From Anaerolineae bacterium (GTDB lineage: Bacteria > Chloroflexota > Anaerolineae > B4-G1 > DUEL01), in assembly GCA_041082215.1 (NCBI GenBank), contig JBDOIF010000050.1, positions 1-52,257 on the forward strand: a stretch of 52,257 nt of DNA, given 5' to 3'. The notes under the pieces were generated by a model. The model searched no databases. It was given only the letters and a program-made list of their open reading frames with translations, and had not been told where the DNA came from. Every line of letters starts with the position of its first letter. Within the stretch, counting starts at the first letter, position 1. This document shows positions 9,667 to 18,492 of the stretch, piece by piece. Position numbers and translations under genes: made by a program.

Positions 9667-12357
9667 CTACTTCGCCTCCAGGGAGAGGAGCTTCTTCGCC
9701 CACGCCTTCAGGTCGTCGTAGGCTGCCGCCACCGGATCAACGCCGGTGCTCACGCCGATCCCCCAACCAAAAGCCCCCAGGTACTCCTCAAAAGAGCCAA
9801 AGGTGAGGCCGAAGACCTGCCTGGCGACCATCCCGCCGATGAGCGCCACCAGCCCGGCCGCCAGCCGACGGTTGAAGTTGTGGCGCCGCTTGTCCCGATA
9901 GACCGCCTGCAGGCCGGATGGGCCGATGAGGAACTCCCGGGAAACCTCCACCGGCTCCCCCTGTGGGGGCTTCACCACCGCCCTCACCTCCCACCTGCCC
10001 TCCTTCTGGAACTCGGCCGTCGCAGTGAGGGGGTCTTCCCCCACCCTGAGGATCGGCCCCTCCCAGGCGACATCCGTACCCTGCGGGGGAGGCCCTCCTC
10101 GCCGCACGATCCTGAGCGGGATGCTCTCCCGAACACGGTAGCGGACCGATCCGAAAGGCACTTCGATCTCATATTCCGGCCGGGCCGGCAACTCCACCTC
10201 ACGCTCGACAAAGAGGCTAACCAGCCTCCCTTTCACCTGCGGGAACTCCTGCTGCAACCGTCCCCTCACCCCGTCCGCCTTGATCCACGCCTCCTCAAAC
10301 TTCCCATTGTCCAGCAGTTGCTCCGCCTCCTGAAGGAGCGCCTTCAGGGCTTCCAGCAACTGCTTCTTCTGGTCATCGGCCGGCTGTGAGAGCGCCACCT
10401 TTACCTCGTCCTGAAGGGATGCGATGAGGCGACGGAGTGCGCTCTGCACCTGCCCGACGGCACCCTCCAGGTCTCCCTGGCTAAGGGCACGATGGGCTCC
10501 CTCAAACGCTTTATCCCCCTTCTCTTCACGGATGCGGACGAGGGCCCTGCCCAATTGCTCATACGTCGTCAACCGGGTCCCTACCTCTTTCACCGCATCG
10601 GTCACTTCCTCGATCCCCCACTCGATCTCCTCTTCGAGCAGGCGAAGGACGTAATCCAGATCGAATCGGACCCGGCTGTAGATCGGGTTGACAGAGCCCT
10701 GTTGAGAATAGCCGTAAGGGTCGCGGGGCAGGTAGTCGTCCCATTGTTGCCAGGCCTTTTCGATCTCCCGGCGCTTCTCCGGTCGTTTTCCTGCCAGCTC
10801 CTGCTGATACTTCACCCATCCGCCCAGAACGACCCCCAGCAGGATGACGAGGACCGGCCAGAGGATGAAATCGTGTACGGTGGCCTGGACGGGGACCGTC
10901 ACCACGCCTGCGGCGATGTCGGGCGACTGGATCAGGAGGTAACCGCGATAGGCGCCCGGCCGGGTAAGGCCCACAGCTCCGACCGATACCTCCACCGCCT
11001 CCCCCCGGCCGATCTCGAACCGGACCGGCTGGTCGCTGCCGTTGAGCCGGAGCTCTCCCCCGGCGCCCATCGGGCCAGCCATCTGCCCCGGCAATACGGC
11101 CACATCCCGCACCGGCCCGCGTCCCTGGACCTCCCAGATTTGCAGCGTCCGTTCGCCGACGCGGCCCAGTCCGGCGCCGGACCCGCCGGCCAGGAGCACC
11201 ACCAGCGCACCGGCCACCCCGCCCGCCGCGACAGCCGCGATCCACGGCCAGTTTCGGCCCAGCCAGCGGCCATCTCCCCGCGCCCCCGGCACGGCCAGCG
11301 CCCACACCGTATAGCCCACCAGGACAACCACCGCGACAAAGGCCAGCAGCGCGCCGGCCACTACCGGCCACACCTTTCCAGCGGCGGCGGAGCCAGGTAG
11401 CCAGCGGACCCCGCTGAGCTGGAGCGCCGTCGTCAGCGGCAGTGAGGGGGTGAGCGCAGGGGAACCCCCCAGCTCGCCATACGCGATCTGGTAGACCCCC
11501 CGGGGCTGATCCGGCACGATCAGAGTGAACGGAGTCGAGATGGCCCCGGCGTTGGCTGCGCTCAACCGCAGGGCCCCCTCATAGGTCCCCGGCGCAAGCA
11601 GACGGTCGGCGTCGAACTCCAGCAGCAATTCGGCGACGACGCCCTCTGTCAGTGTGGGAGGAGGGGTGATGGTAAGGAAGGTGGAGGTATCCAGCGAACC
11701 GGTCACCTCCCCCTTCGGGCGCAACGCGGCCAGCTCTGCCCGGACCCCCTCAGCATCCCCGTAACGGGCCACAACTCGAACGGCGGCCCATCCGTGACCC
11801 GGGCCGATCTCATAGGTGAAGTCTTCCTGTGCCCATTCCAGCTCCACAGGCCAGCGGGAGGCCACAAGGACAAGGGGCAGGGTCAGCGGCTCAACCCCAT
11901 CCGCTGAGAAGTGGAGGGTGACCGTCATCGTCCCTTCCGGCATCTCCCCCCCGGCCAGGGAGAGGGAGAAGGCTCCCACCCCACCGCCGTCCACGACACG
12001 CCCGGCCGGTGACAGGCCCAACACCGCCGGGACGACGGGCTGGCCAGCCCCGGTGGGCCCCTCCAGCCGGGCTACTACGGTAACAGGGGAAGTCGTCGGG
12101 TTGTGGACGCGAAGGGTGCAGCTCCACTGCCGATCAGACAGGACAAAGCGGCAGGCCGGCGGCGTGGAGAGAAGCTCACCGGCGGAGCCGACGAGGGTCA
12201 GGGTAGGGCTTAACGGCACAGCGGGGAGGTCGAGGGGGCTTTCCAGAGCAGGGGAAGCCGGGGAAAGGGCGGTAACCTCCGTGGCGGCGCCCATCATCCA
12301 CCAGAACCCTGCCACAGCCAGGATGCCCATAGAACAGGCCAGCACAGCTTTCTTCAT
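9667..12357 (-). CDS. Large hypothetical membrane protein with Ig-like repeats
   Basis: 896 aa with RBS AGGAGG and an N-terminal signal/TM segment. Repeated PGxYxGxL beta-sandwich-like motifs, several TM helices and a charged helical region. Confidence 0.8.
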   Translation of the reverse strand: MKKAVLACSMGILAVAGFWWMMGAATEVTALSPASPALESPLDLPAVPLSPTLTLVGSAGELLSTPPACRFVLSDRQWSCTLRVHNPTTSPVTVVARLEGPTGAGQPVVPAVLGLSPAGRVVDGGGVGAFSLSLAGGEMPEGTMTVTLHFSADGVEPLTLPLVLVASRWPVELEWAQEDFTYEIGPGHGWAAVRVVARYGDAEGVRAELAALRPKGEVTGSLDTSTFLTITPPPTLTEGVVAELLLEFDADRLLAPGTYEGALRLSAANAGAISTPFTLIVPDQPRGVYQIAYGELGGSPALTPSLPLTTALQLSGVRWLPGSAAAGKVWPVVAGALLAFVAVVVLVGYTVWALAVPGARGDGRWLGRNWPWIAAVAAGGVAGALVVLLAGGSGAGLGRVGERTLQIWEVQGRGPVRDVAVLPGQMAGPMGAGGELRLNGSDQPVRFEIGRGEAVEVSVGAVGLTRPGAYRGYLLIQSPDIAAGVVTVPVQATVHDFILWPVLVILLGVVLGGWVKYQQELAGKRPEKRREIEKAWQQWDDYLPRDPYGYSQQGSVNPIYSRVRFDLDYVLRLLEEEIEWGIEEVTDAVKEVGTRLTTYEQLGRALVRIREEKGDKAFEGAHRALSQGDLEGAVGQVQSALRRLIASLQDEVKVALSQPADDQKKQLLEALKALLQEAEQLLDNGKFEEAWIKADGVRGRLQQEFPQVKGRLVSLFVEREVELPARPEYEIEVPFGSVRYRVRESIPLRIVRRGGPPPQGTDVAWEGPILRVGEDPLTATAEFQKEGRWEVRAVVKPPQGEPVEVSREFLIGPSGLQAVYRDKRRHNFNRRLAAGLVALIGGMVARQVFGLTFGSFEEYLGAFGWGIGVSTGVDPVAAAYDDLKAWAKKLLSLEAK

Positions 12358-12516
12358 CGCTCCTCCTTATGCAGGCCCACCGCAGCTCCTGTAGTCGGAA
12401 ACAAGAGGTGGCCTGGCGGCATAGCGCACCCTCCGCACAGCTTCGGGATACCCCCACGCTCACCAGGTCCGGAAAGCGAGGAAAGACTGTGAGGACAGTG
12501 GCCAGGAAAACTCAAG

Positions 12517-12563
12517 GTAGGACAGGCTTTCCAGCCTGTCCCGCAGGCTTTCCAGCCTGCTAC
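12517..12563. repeat. GTAG-type REP-like doublet palindrome
   Basis: GTAG-GACAGGCTTTCCAGCCTGTC-CC-GCAGGCTTTCCAGCCTGC-TAC: two tandem hairpins bounded by GTAG and CTAC. Confidence 0.7.
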
Positions 12564-13024
12564 TCGTACACCCTCCAATACGGCTTTTCTTCTTCCCAGC
12601 GGGCGCGGAACGATTCCGGCACGGCCCCCAGGAGGGACTCGCACTCGGCAGTGACAGTGCCATCCGGCAGGTGGATCCGGCCGGCCACCCGCGCCCCCAC
12701 CCCACTGGCCTGCTCCACCCATCCCACGGCGATCAGCGGTGTTCCGGTGGGGGTCGGACGACGGTAGCGGATGGTGAGGCGAAGGGTGGCCATCAGATTC
12801 TCGTCGGAGCCGTGCAGCAGCAGCGCCCGCCCCGACACCTCGTCCAGAATGGCGGCGACGATCCCTCCGTGGACGACGCCGGGGTAGCCCTGATACGCAT
12901 CGGGCACGGTGAACTCGGCCCGCACCTGCCCTGCTTCGTGGTCCTCGTAGAAAACAAGATGCAGGCCAAAAGGGTTCTGAACGCCACAGACAAAGCAGTT
13001 TCTGGAGTTCGGTTGTTTGCGCAT
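12560..13024 (-). CDS. PaaI/hotdog-fold thioesterase
   Basis: Start moved to MRKQPNS. CFVCGVQNPFGL and YQGYPGVVHGGIVAAILDE motifs. Confidence 0.9.
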   Translation of the reverse strand: MRKQPNSRNCFVCGVQNPFGLHLVFYEDHEAGQVRAEFTVPDAYQGYPGVVHGGIVAAILDEVSGRALLLHGSDENLMATLRLTIRYRRPTPTGTPLIAVGWVEQASGVGARVAGRIHLPDGTVTAECESLLGAVPESFRARWEEEKPYWRVYE

Positions 13025-13028
13025 GCTC

Positions 13029-13064
13029 GTTGCTGGTTGCTGGTTGCTTGTTGCTGGTTGCTGG
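13029..13064. repeat. Tandem heptamer (GTTGCTG)n
   Basis: gttgctggttgctggttgcttgttgctggttgctgg. Related degenerate runs at 19781-19823 and 22457-22474. Confidence 0.8.
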
Positions 13065-14150
13065 TCAGGTAATGGATAGGGCGCGGACGGGGCAGCGGGT
13101 GACGCAGAGGCCACAGCCATAGCACTTTTCCGGGGCAAGGACCGCTTTCCCATCTACCACGTGGATGGCGTCGTAGACGCAGCTTGCCTCACAGAGGCCG
13201 CAGCCGGTACAGGCGTCCACATCCAGCTCGGGGGGAACGTGGACTGTGCGGTAGGCACGTTTTTCCCAGTTGCGGATCGCCAGACCTCGGACCTCCTCGA
13301 CGGAGCTATACCCGTGCCCATCCAGCCACTCCCCGATCTCGCGGGCGATCTTGCCGAAGACCGACGGCCCCTTCAGGATGGCGGCGGTGCAGACCCCCAC
13401 GGCGGAGGCCCCCACCATGAAGAACTCAATGGCGTCGGTCCCTCTGCTCACTCCCCCCACGCCGATGATGGGCAGGTCCACCGACCGGGCTACATCGAAC
13501 ACGCAGCGCAGGGCCAGCGGCTTGAGGGCCGGGCCGGAGAGCCAGCCGTACCCCTCCCGGCTGCCCATCAGGAGCCGCCCTGTCTCGATGTCAACGCCCA
13601 GGCATGGGCCGAAGGAGTTGATGGCGACGATGCCGTCCGCCCCGGCCTCGGCGGCAGCCCGGGCAGCGGTCTTCATATCCCGGAAGGGGCTGAGCTTCAC
13701 AAACACCGGCACGTCCACCGCCTCCCTGGCGGCACGGATCGCCTCCATCATTGGGGTGGGATCGTCGCCAATGTAGTGGGTGGATAGCTCCAGCCCGTCG
13801 GCAAAAGGGCGGACGCGGGGGGCCAGCTCGGCGATCTCCTCGGCGGTGTACCCCAGACTGATGATGAGAGGGAGGCCCGTCTCCCTGGCCAGGGGGTACT
13901 CCCGCTCGATGAACTGTTCCACCGGCAGCTCGCTCCAGAGCTCGGTGTTCAGAAAGCCGCCGGGGATCTGCGCCATATTGGGCGTGGGGACTACCGCCGG
14001 CCGCACCGAGACCGTCTTGGAGACAATCGCCCCCGCCCCCCCCTCGGCGCAGGCCTTCATCGCCTCCCCGTTCCACACCGGCGGCCCGGCGGCGGGAAGG
14101 ACAGGGTTGGAAAAGCGAAGCCCGGCGATCACAACGGACAGGTCTGCCAT
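13065..14150 (-). CDS. Dihydroorotate/dihydropyrimidine dehydrogenase (PreA-like) FMN protein with C-terminal 2x[4Fe-4S] domain
   Basis: NPVLPAAGP, VSKT, VFVKLSP, AINS, SGPALKP and IIGVGGV motifs; CTGCGLC...C and CYGCGLC...CP ferredoxin motifs. Confidence 0.85.
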   Translation of the reverse strand: MADLSVVIAGLRFSNPVLPAAGPPVWNGEAMKACAEGGAGAIVSKTVSVRPAVVPTPNMAQIPGGFLNTELWSELPVEQFIEREYPLARETGLPLIISLGYTAEEIAELAPRVRPFADGLELSTHYIGDDPTPMMEAIRAAREAVDVPVFVKLSPFRDMKTAARAAAEAGADGIVAINSFGPCLGVDIETGRLLMGSREGYGWLSGPALKPLALRCVFDVARSVDLPIIGVGGVSRGTDAIEFFMVGASAVGVCTAAILKGPSVFGKIAREIGEWLDGHGYSSVEEVRGLAIRNWEKRAYRTVHVPPELDVDACTGCGLCEASCVYDAIHVVDGKAVLAPEKCYGCGLCVTRCPVRALSIT

Positions 14151-14155
14151 AGAGA

Positions 14156-15136
14156 CTACTCCTGTACAAATGGCCGTCCCAGCCCGCCCGGCGGCCGGCC
14201 GCGGATGGCCCGATCTATGCGGCGGGCCAGACGGGGAGGCAGCAGCTCAAGGAGCCGGTCCACCCCCTCGCTGCTGATCAACAGCAGGGCAAAGATCATC
14301 AGCGCGAAGGGGGCGGAGGAGAAGATCTGGGTGGGGACGCTGGCGAAAGCGGGGTTTCGCTGGAGAATGCTCCCCAACGCCTTGAGCAGGCCGAAGAGGT
14401 ACGACCCCGCCGCCACCCGCCAGGGGTCCCACCCGCCAAAGATGACAATAGCCAGGGCGATCCAGCCGATGCCGAAGGTATGGCGGTGGCTCCAGCCCAG
14501 CTTGATGCTCAGGGAATAGGAGGCGCCAGCCAGCCCTACCAGCGCCCCTCCAACGACGGTATAGATGTACCGGAGCCGGTTGACGTTCACCCCCCGGGCG
14601 AAAGCCGATTCTGGCCGCTCCCCCACCCCCTGCAGCTTCAACCCCGGCTGGGTTCTGTAGATCCACCACCAGGCAAACACGATGGAAAAGAGGCTCAGGT
14701 AGACGACCAGGTTGTGGTCAAAAAGGACCGGCCCCAGGAGGGGGATCTGGGAAAGGTAGGGAATGGGGGCATGAGGGACCGAGGGGCCGGGTTTGCGGAC
14801 GAAGGGGTTGCCCAGGAAGTCGGCCAGCTCCAGGCAGAGCATCGTCAGCACGAAGCCGACGGCCACCTGCTCCTGCCGGAGGGTGATGCTGGCGAAGGCG
14901 ATGATCAGGGCGACCAGCGCCCCCACGGCCATCGCCGCCAGGATGCCCAGCGTGATGCTGCCAGTGGTGAAAGCGACGGCGAAAGCCGTCATCGCCGAGA
15001 GGGCAATGGAGCCGTCCAGCGAGAGATTGATGACGCCGCTCTTTTCGGAGATGGTCTCACCGATGGAAGCCAGCACCACCGGCGCGGAGGCAGCGACGAT
15101 GGAGGAGAGGGTCTGGATAAGGAAATCGGTCTTCAT
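14156..15136 (-). CDS. Nucleoside-type (CUT2) ABC transporter permease
   Basis: Starts at MKTDFL, overlapping the upstream stop (TGATG). GETISEKSGVINLSLDG and GWIALAIVIFG motifs. Confidence 0.92.
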   Translation of the reverse strand: MKTDFLIQTLSSIVAASAPVVLASIGETISEKSGVINLSLDGSIALSAMTAFAVAFTTGSITLGILAAMAVGALVALIIAFASITLRQEQVAVGFVLTMLCLELADFLGNPFVRKPGPSVPHAPIPYLSQIPLLGPVLFDHNLVVYLSLFSIVFAWWWIYRTQPGLKLQGVGERPESAFARGVNVNRLRYIYTVVGGALVGLAGASYSLSIKLGWSHRHTFGIGWIALAIVIFGGWDPWRVAAGSYLFGLLKALGSILQRNPAFASVPTQIFSSAPFALMIFALLLISSEGVDRLLELLPPRLARRIDRAIRGRPPGGLGRPFVQE

Positions 15137-16182
15137 CAGGCGGCCTCCTTCCCGGCCTGCTGCCTGCGGGCCAGGAGGGCCCGCCAGCCGGATACCAGCA
15201 ACACCGCCAGCACCACCGACGCCTCCAGCACGCCGCCGATGGAGGAATCCAGATGCATGTTGAATTCCAGCCGGGGGCTGCCCACTCCTAAGGCGGCGAA
15301 GAAGAGGGCGATAAAGGGCACCCATTGGGGCCGGCAGCCGGCCAGCAGCGCCACCAGGAGGGAGAGGTAGCCCTGTCCACCGGAGATCTCCGGGATCATC
15401 CGTCCGTAGCGGGCGGAACAGCGGATGGCCCCGGCCAGCCCGGCCAGCCCGCCGCAGGCAGCGAAGGCAGTGAGCAGACGGGCAGTGGAAGGGACCCCCA
15501 GCACGAAGGCGGAGCGGAAATTCTTGCCCATCGCCTTCAGCTCCAATCCCCAGCGGGTCCCTCGCAGAAGGAAGAAGACCACCACGACCGAAAGCAGCGC
15601 CAGCACCACTTCCAGCGGCGCGACCCGCAGGTGGCCCAACCGGGGCATCCAGGCAGGGGCGGGGAAGGGATCGGTGCCGCTCATCGTCGCACCATCGGCT
15701 GGCTTCCAGGGGTTGAAGATGAGCCAGATGGCCAGCCCCTGGGCCACGTAGTTCAGTCCCAGCCCGCCGAAAATTTCATGCACCTTGCCGTACACCTTGA
15801 GGAGGCCCGCCAGCATACCCCACAGCGCCCCGCCCAGGAAGCCCAGCAAGAGCATCGTCGTCAGGATGGGGACACGGGGCCAGAGGAGGTTGCGGGCCGC
15901 CCAGGTGGCAAAGATCGCCCCCAGGACGATCTGCCCCTCCACGCCGACGTTCCACTGCCCGGCGGTGAAGGTGATGCTCATCCCCACGCCGCAGAGGATG
16001 AGCGGCACACAGGCCTCCAACACGTCGGCGAGCTTCTCCGGGCTTTCGAAAGCCCCCTGCAGGATGTTCCGGTACGCCTCCCACGGCGACGCGCCCACGG
16101 CGAGGAGGATCACCGTTGTGAAGAGAAGGGCCAGTACCACCGGCAACAGGCCCAAAAGGAGGTTCCTAACTCTCATGGTCAT
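15136..16182 (-). CDS. Nucleoside-type ABC transporter permease
   Basis: WNVGVEGQ and TRWGLELKAMG motifs; multiple TM segments. Confidence 0.92.
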   Translation of the reverse strand: MTMRVRNLLLGLLPVVLALLFTTVILLAVGASPWEAYRNILQGAFESPEKLADVLEACVPLILCGVGMSITFTAGQWNVGVEGQIVLGAIFATWAARNLLWPRVPILTTMLLLGFLGGALWGMLAGLLKVYGKVHEIFGGLGLNYVAQGLAIWLIFNPWKPADGATMSGTDPFPAPAWMPRLGHLRVAPLEVVLALLSVVVVFFLLRGTRWGLELKAMGKNFRSAFVLGVPSTARLLTAFAACGGLAGLAGAIRCSARYGRMIPEISGGQGYLSLLVALLAGCRPQWVPFIALFFAALGVGSPRLEFNMHLDSSIGGVLEASVVLAVLLVSGWRALLARRQQAGKEAA

Positions 16183-16188
16183 CGCTGG

Positions 16189-17685
16189 CTACCTACCGTC
16201 AGGATACTGCATACCCATATCAGCCCGCTTTCCTCCGATCAGATACCCCAACTGCTCCACCGTGGTCCGGGCGGTCGGGATCGGCTCCATCATCCGGCCG
16301 GCGAAAAAGACAACGATCCGATCTGACCGCTCCAGCAACTCTTCCAGATCGGCTGAGGTGAAGATGATGGCTGTACCTTCCTCCCGCCGGGCGAGCAGTT
16401 GCTGCCAGACCCAGTTGGCCGATTCGACGTCCAGTCCGCGGGTGGGGTGCTCCAGCAGGAGCAGCCGCAGCCGGGGAGGGAGCAGCGCCAGAAGGGCCCG
16501 CTGCTGGTTGCCGCCGGAGAGGGCCTCCACCACCGTCTCCGGCCGGCCCACGACGTTGAAATGGCGGATGCGTTCCTCAGCCCGCTGCCGGGCCGCAGGC
16601 CAGCTTATGAAAAAGGGGCCTCCCCGCTCCGTCAGAGCGAAGTGCTCGGTGAGGGTAAGGCCGCCCACCAGCCCCTCCTCCAGTCGTCCGGCGGGCATGT
16701 AGGCGACCCCCGCCTCCAGGAACCGCCGGTAGGATGCTCCTGTCAGGTCGCGCCCGTCCACCACAATACGGCCCGAGGCCACCCGCTCCAGCCCCGCGCA
16801 GGCCCGCAGGAAGAGCCGCTGGCCGCTCCCCTCCAGCCCGGCCAGCCCGATCACCTCCCCGGCCCGTACTTCCAGACGGGCTCCCTCGACGACAAGGCGA
16901 TAGGAGGGGACCGTCACATCCTCCACCCGCAGGACCGTCGGCCCCAGCTCCACCGTGCCCCGCCGGACAGGTGGCAGGCTGCGGCCGAACATCATCTCCA
17001 CCATCCGCTCCACCGGGCAGGGCATCTCCGCCTCCCCGCTCACCTTCCCCTGTCGGAGCACCGTCACCCGGTCGCAGAGCTCCTCCACCTCCTCCAGCTT
17101 ATGGGAGACAAACACCACCGACCGGCCCTCCTCCTTCGCCAGACGACGGAGGGTCTCGAAGAGCTGCGCCCGCTGAGGGGCAGAGATGCCGGTCGTCGGT
17201 TCGTCCAGGATGATGACCTGCGCCCCCAGCGCCAGGAGGCGGAGAATCTCCAGTTGCTGCCGCTCGCCGATGGTCAGGCTGGTCACCTCAGCGTCGGGGT
17301 CCAGATCGAAGCGGAAGCGCGCCCCCAGCTCCCGCAGCATCTCCCGTCCCCGCCGCCGGTCGGGTACGACCCGCCGATCGAAGGCCAGGAGGAAGTTGTC
17401 CAGCACCCGCATCTGGGGGAAGTCCAGCGGGTCCTGGTGGAGCATGCCGATCCCGTAGCGGATGGCGTCGGCGGGGGAGCCAAAGGTAACCAGCCGGCCG
17501 TCCACCCGGACCTCCCCTCCGTCGGGGGACAGGTAGCCGGAGAGGCACTTCATCAGGGTGGTCTTCCCGGCCCCGTTCTCCCCCAGAAGGCCGTGGATGA
17601 CGCCCGGCTCAATGGTCATCGAGATGCCGTCGTTGGCCCGAACAGGGCCAAAGTGCTTCCGGATATGGATGAGTTCGACCTTCAT
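16189..17685 (-). CDS. ABC transporter ATP-binding protein with tandem NBDs (CUT2)
   Basis: GENGAGKT, LDEPT, SHKL and LSGGNQQ motifs. Confidence 0.95.
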   Translation of the reverse strand: MKVELIHIRKHFGPVRANDGISMTIEPGVIHGLLGENGAGKTTLMKCLSGYLSPDGGEVRVDGRLVTFGSPADAIRYGIGMLHQDPLDFPQMRVLDNFLLAFDRRVVPDRRRGREMLRELGARFRFDLDPDAEVTSLTIGERQQLEILRLLALGAQVIILDEPTTGISAPQRAQLFETLRRLAKEEGRSVVFVSHKLEEVEELCDRVTVLRQGKVSGEAEMPCPVERMVEMMFGRSLPPVRRGTVELGPTVLRVEDVTVPSYRLVVEGARLEVRAGEVIGLAGLEGSGQRLFLRACAGLERVASGRIVVDGRDLTGASYRRFLEAGVAYMPAGRLEEGLVGGLTLTEHFALTERGGPFFISWPAARQRAEERIRHFNVVGRPETVVEALSGGNQQRALLALLPPRLRLLLLEHPTRGLDVESANWVWQQLLARREEGTAIIFTSADLEELLERSDRIVVFFAGRMMEPIPTARTTVEQLGYLIGGKRADMGMQYPDGR

Positions 17686-17693
17686 ACAACAGT

Positions 17694-18056
17694 CTACCCG
17701 TCCTCCAGCGCGGACCCTGCCCTTTCATAGAGAAGAATACCTTCGCGGAGCGCCTGCTTCAGGAAGGAGTTTCCTTCCCTCATCATCTCCTCGAACTCCT
17801 CCCTTGTATAAGCGAATATGTCCACCCCTATTCCTACTCCGGAGAGGCGGTACAGAACAGCGCGGTCGAGAAAAGGCACAGATGATTCTTGCAGCAACAC
17901 CAGCAGGTCTACATCGCTACCCGGCCCCGCATCACCTCGGGCCAGCGAACCGAATAGCAGGACCTGCTCGATCTCAGAACGGCGGCTGGCAAGCTGCTGC
18001 ACCGCCTCTCGCACGCGCTCCAGCACCGCGGCCCTATTCAGCCAGAATACGCGCAC
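17694..18056 (-). CDS. Minimal nucleotidyltransferase (MNT) antitoxin-like protein
   Basis: LFGSLARGDAGPGSDVDLLV (GSx10DxD). Start uncertain; GTG at 18056 chosen, overlapping the end of the HEPN gene. Confidence 0.85.
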   Translation of the reverse strand: MRVFWLNRAAVLERVREAVQQLASRRSEIEQVLLFGSLARGDAGPGSDVDLLVLLQESSVPFLDRAVLYRLSGVGIGVDIFAYTREEFEEMMREGNSFLKQALREGILLYERAGSALEDG

Positions 18057-18426
18057 AGAAGTTGACGACCCGCTCGGCGTTGGCGATGGCTCTTTCGGCC
18101 TCGTTTCTCGTATAATACTCATAGGGCGCTCCCTGCGGATGCGCGTTGGGGTAGCATGGGGGGATATAGTGCTTATCCAGTTCCCTGGCCGCATCCAACA
18201 ACTCCACACCGGCCTGCCACGGCTCAGGAAGCTCTTCCAGAAGCGCGGCAACGGAGCGGCCCCAAGCCATTCCTCCCAGCTTCAAATACAAGGCTTTGAC
18301 GGCCTTCTCCGCGCCCTGCTGCGCAGCGAAGCAGGCCCACTCGTAGTCCCCGGCCCCCATCGCCCGACGGGCATGGGCCAGATCCCGTTGCCCCTGCTTC
18401 AGCCAATCCCCGTAACGGCCAGCCAT
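18034..18426 (-). CDS. HEPN domain protein (COG2250-like)
   Basis: WLKQGQRDLAHA, YEWACFAAQQGAEKAVKA and LDKHYIP.YP motifs; paired with the MNT gene. Confidence 0.88.
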   Translation of the reverse strand: MAGRYGDWLKQGQRDLAHARRAMGAGDYEWACFAAQQGAEKAVKALYLKLGGMAWGRSVAALLEELPEPWQAGVELLDAARELDKHYIPPCYPNAHPQGAPYEYYTRNEAERAIANAERVVNFCARILAE

Positions 18427-18492
18427 CAACCGGACTCCTTGCAGGTGCCGGGCACCTCTGGACGAGATGCCCGGCACCATCTCCGAAGATGC

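Noticed and set aside
12358..12460. Possible c-di-GMP-II riboswitch
   Set aside because: Only a loose resemblance (GAAGC...GGCCACC...GGAGCU) and the conserved 3' GCAACCG segment is missing. Kept only as a hairpin.
13025..13153. N-terminal extension of the thioesterase ORF (QQPATSN repeats)
   Set aside because: It is the translation of the intergenic heptamer repeat and overlaps the upstream gene. The true start is probably 13024.
17694..18426. HEPN-MNT as a CRISPR effector
   Set aside because: It lies about 9.5 kb from cas6, has no CARF/SAVED domain, and is embedded in a transporter operon.
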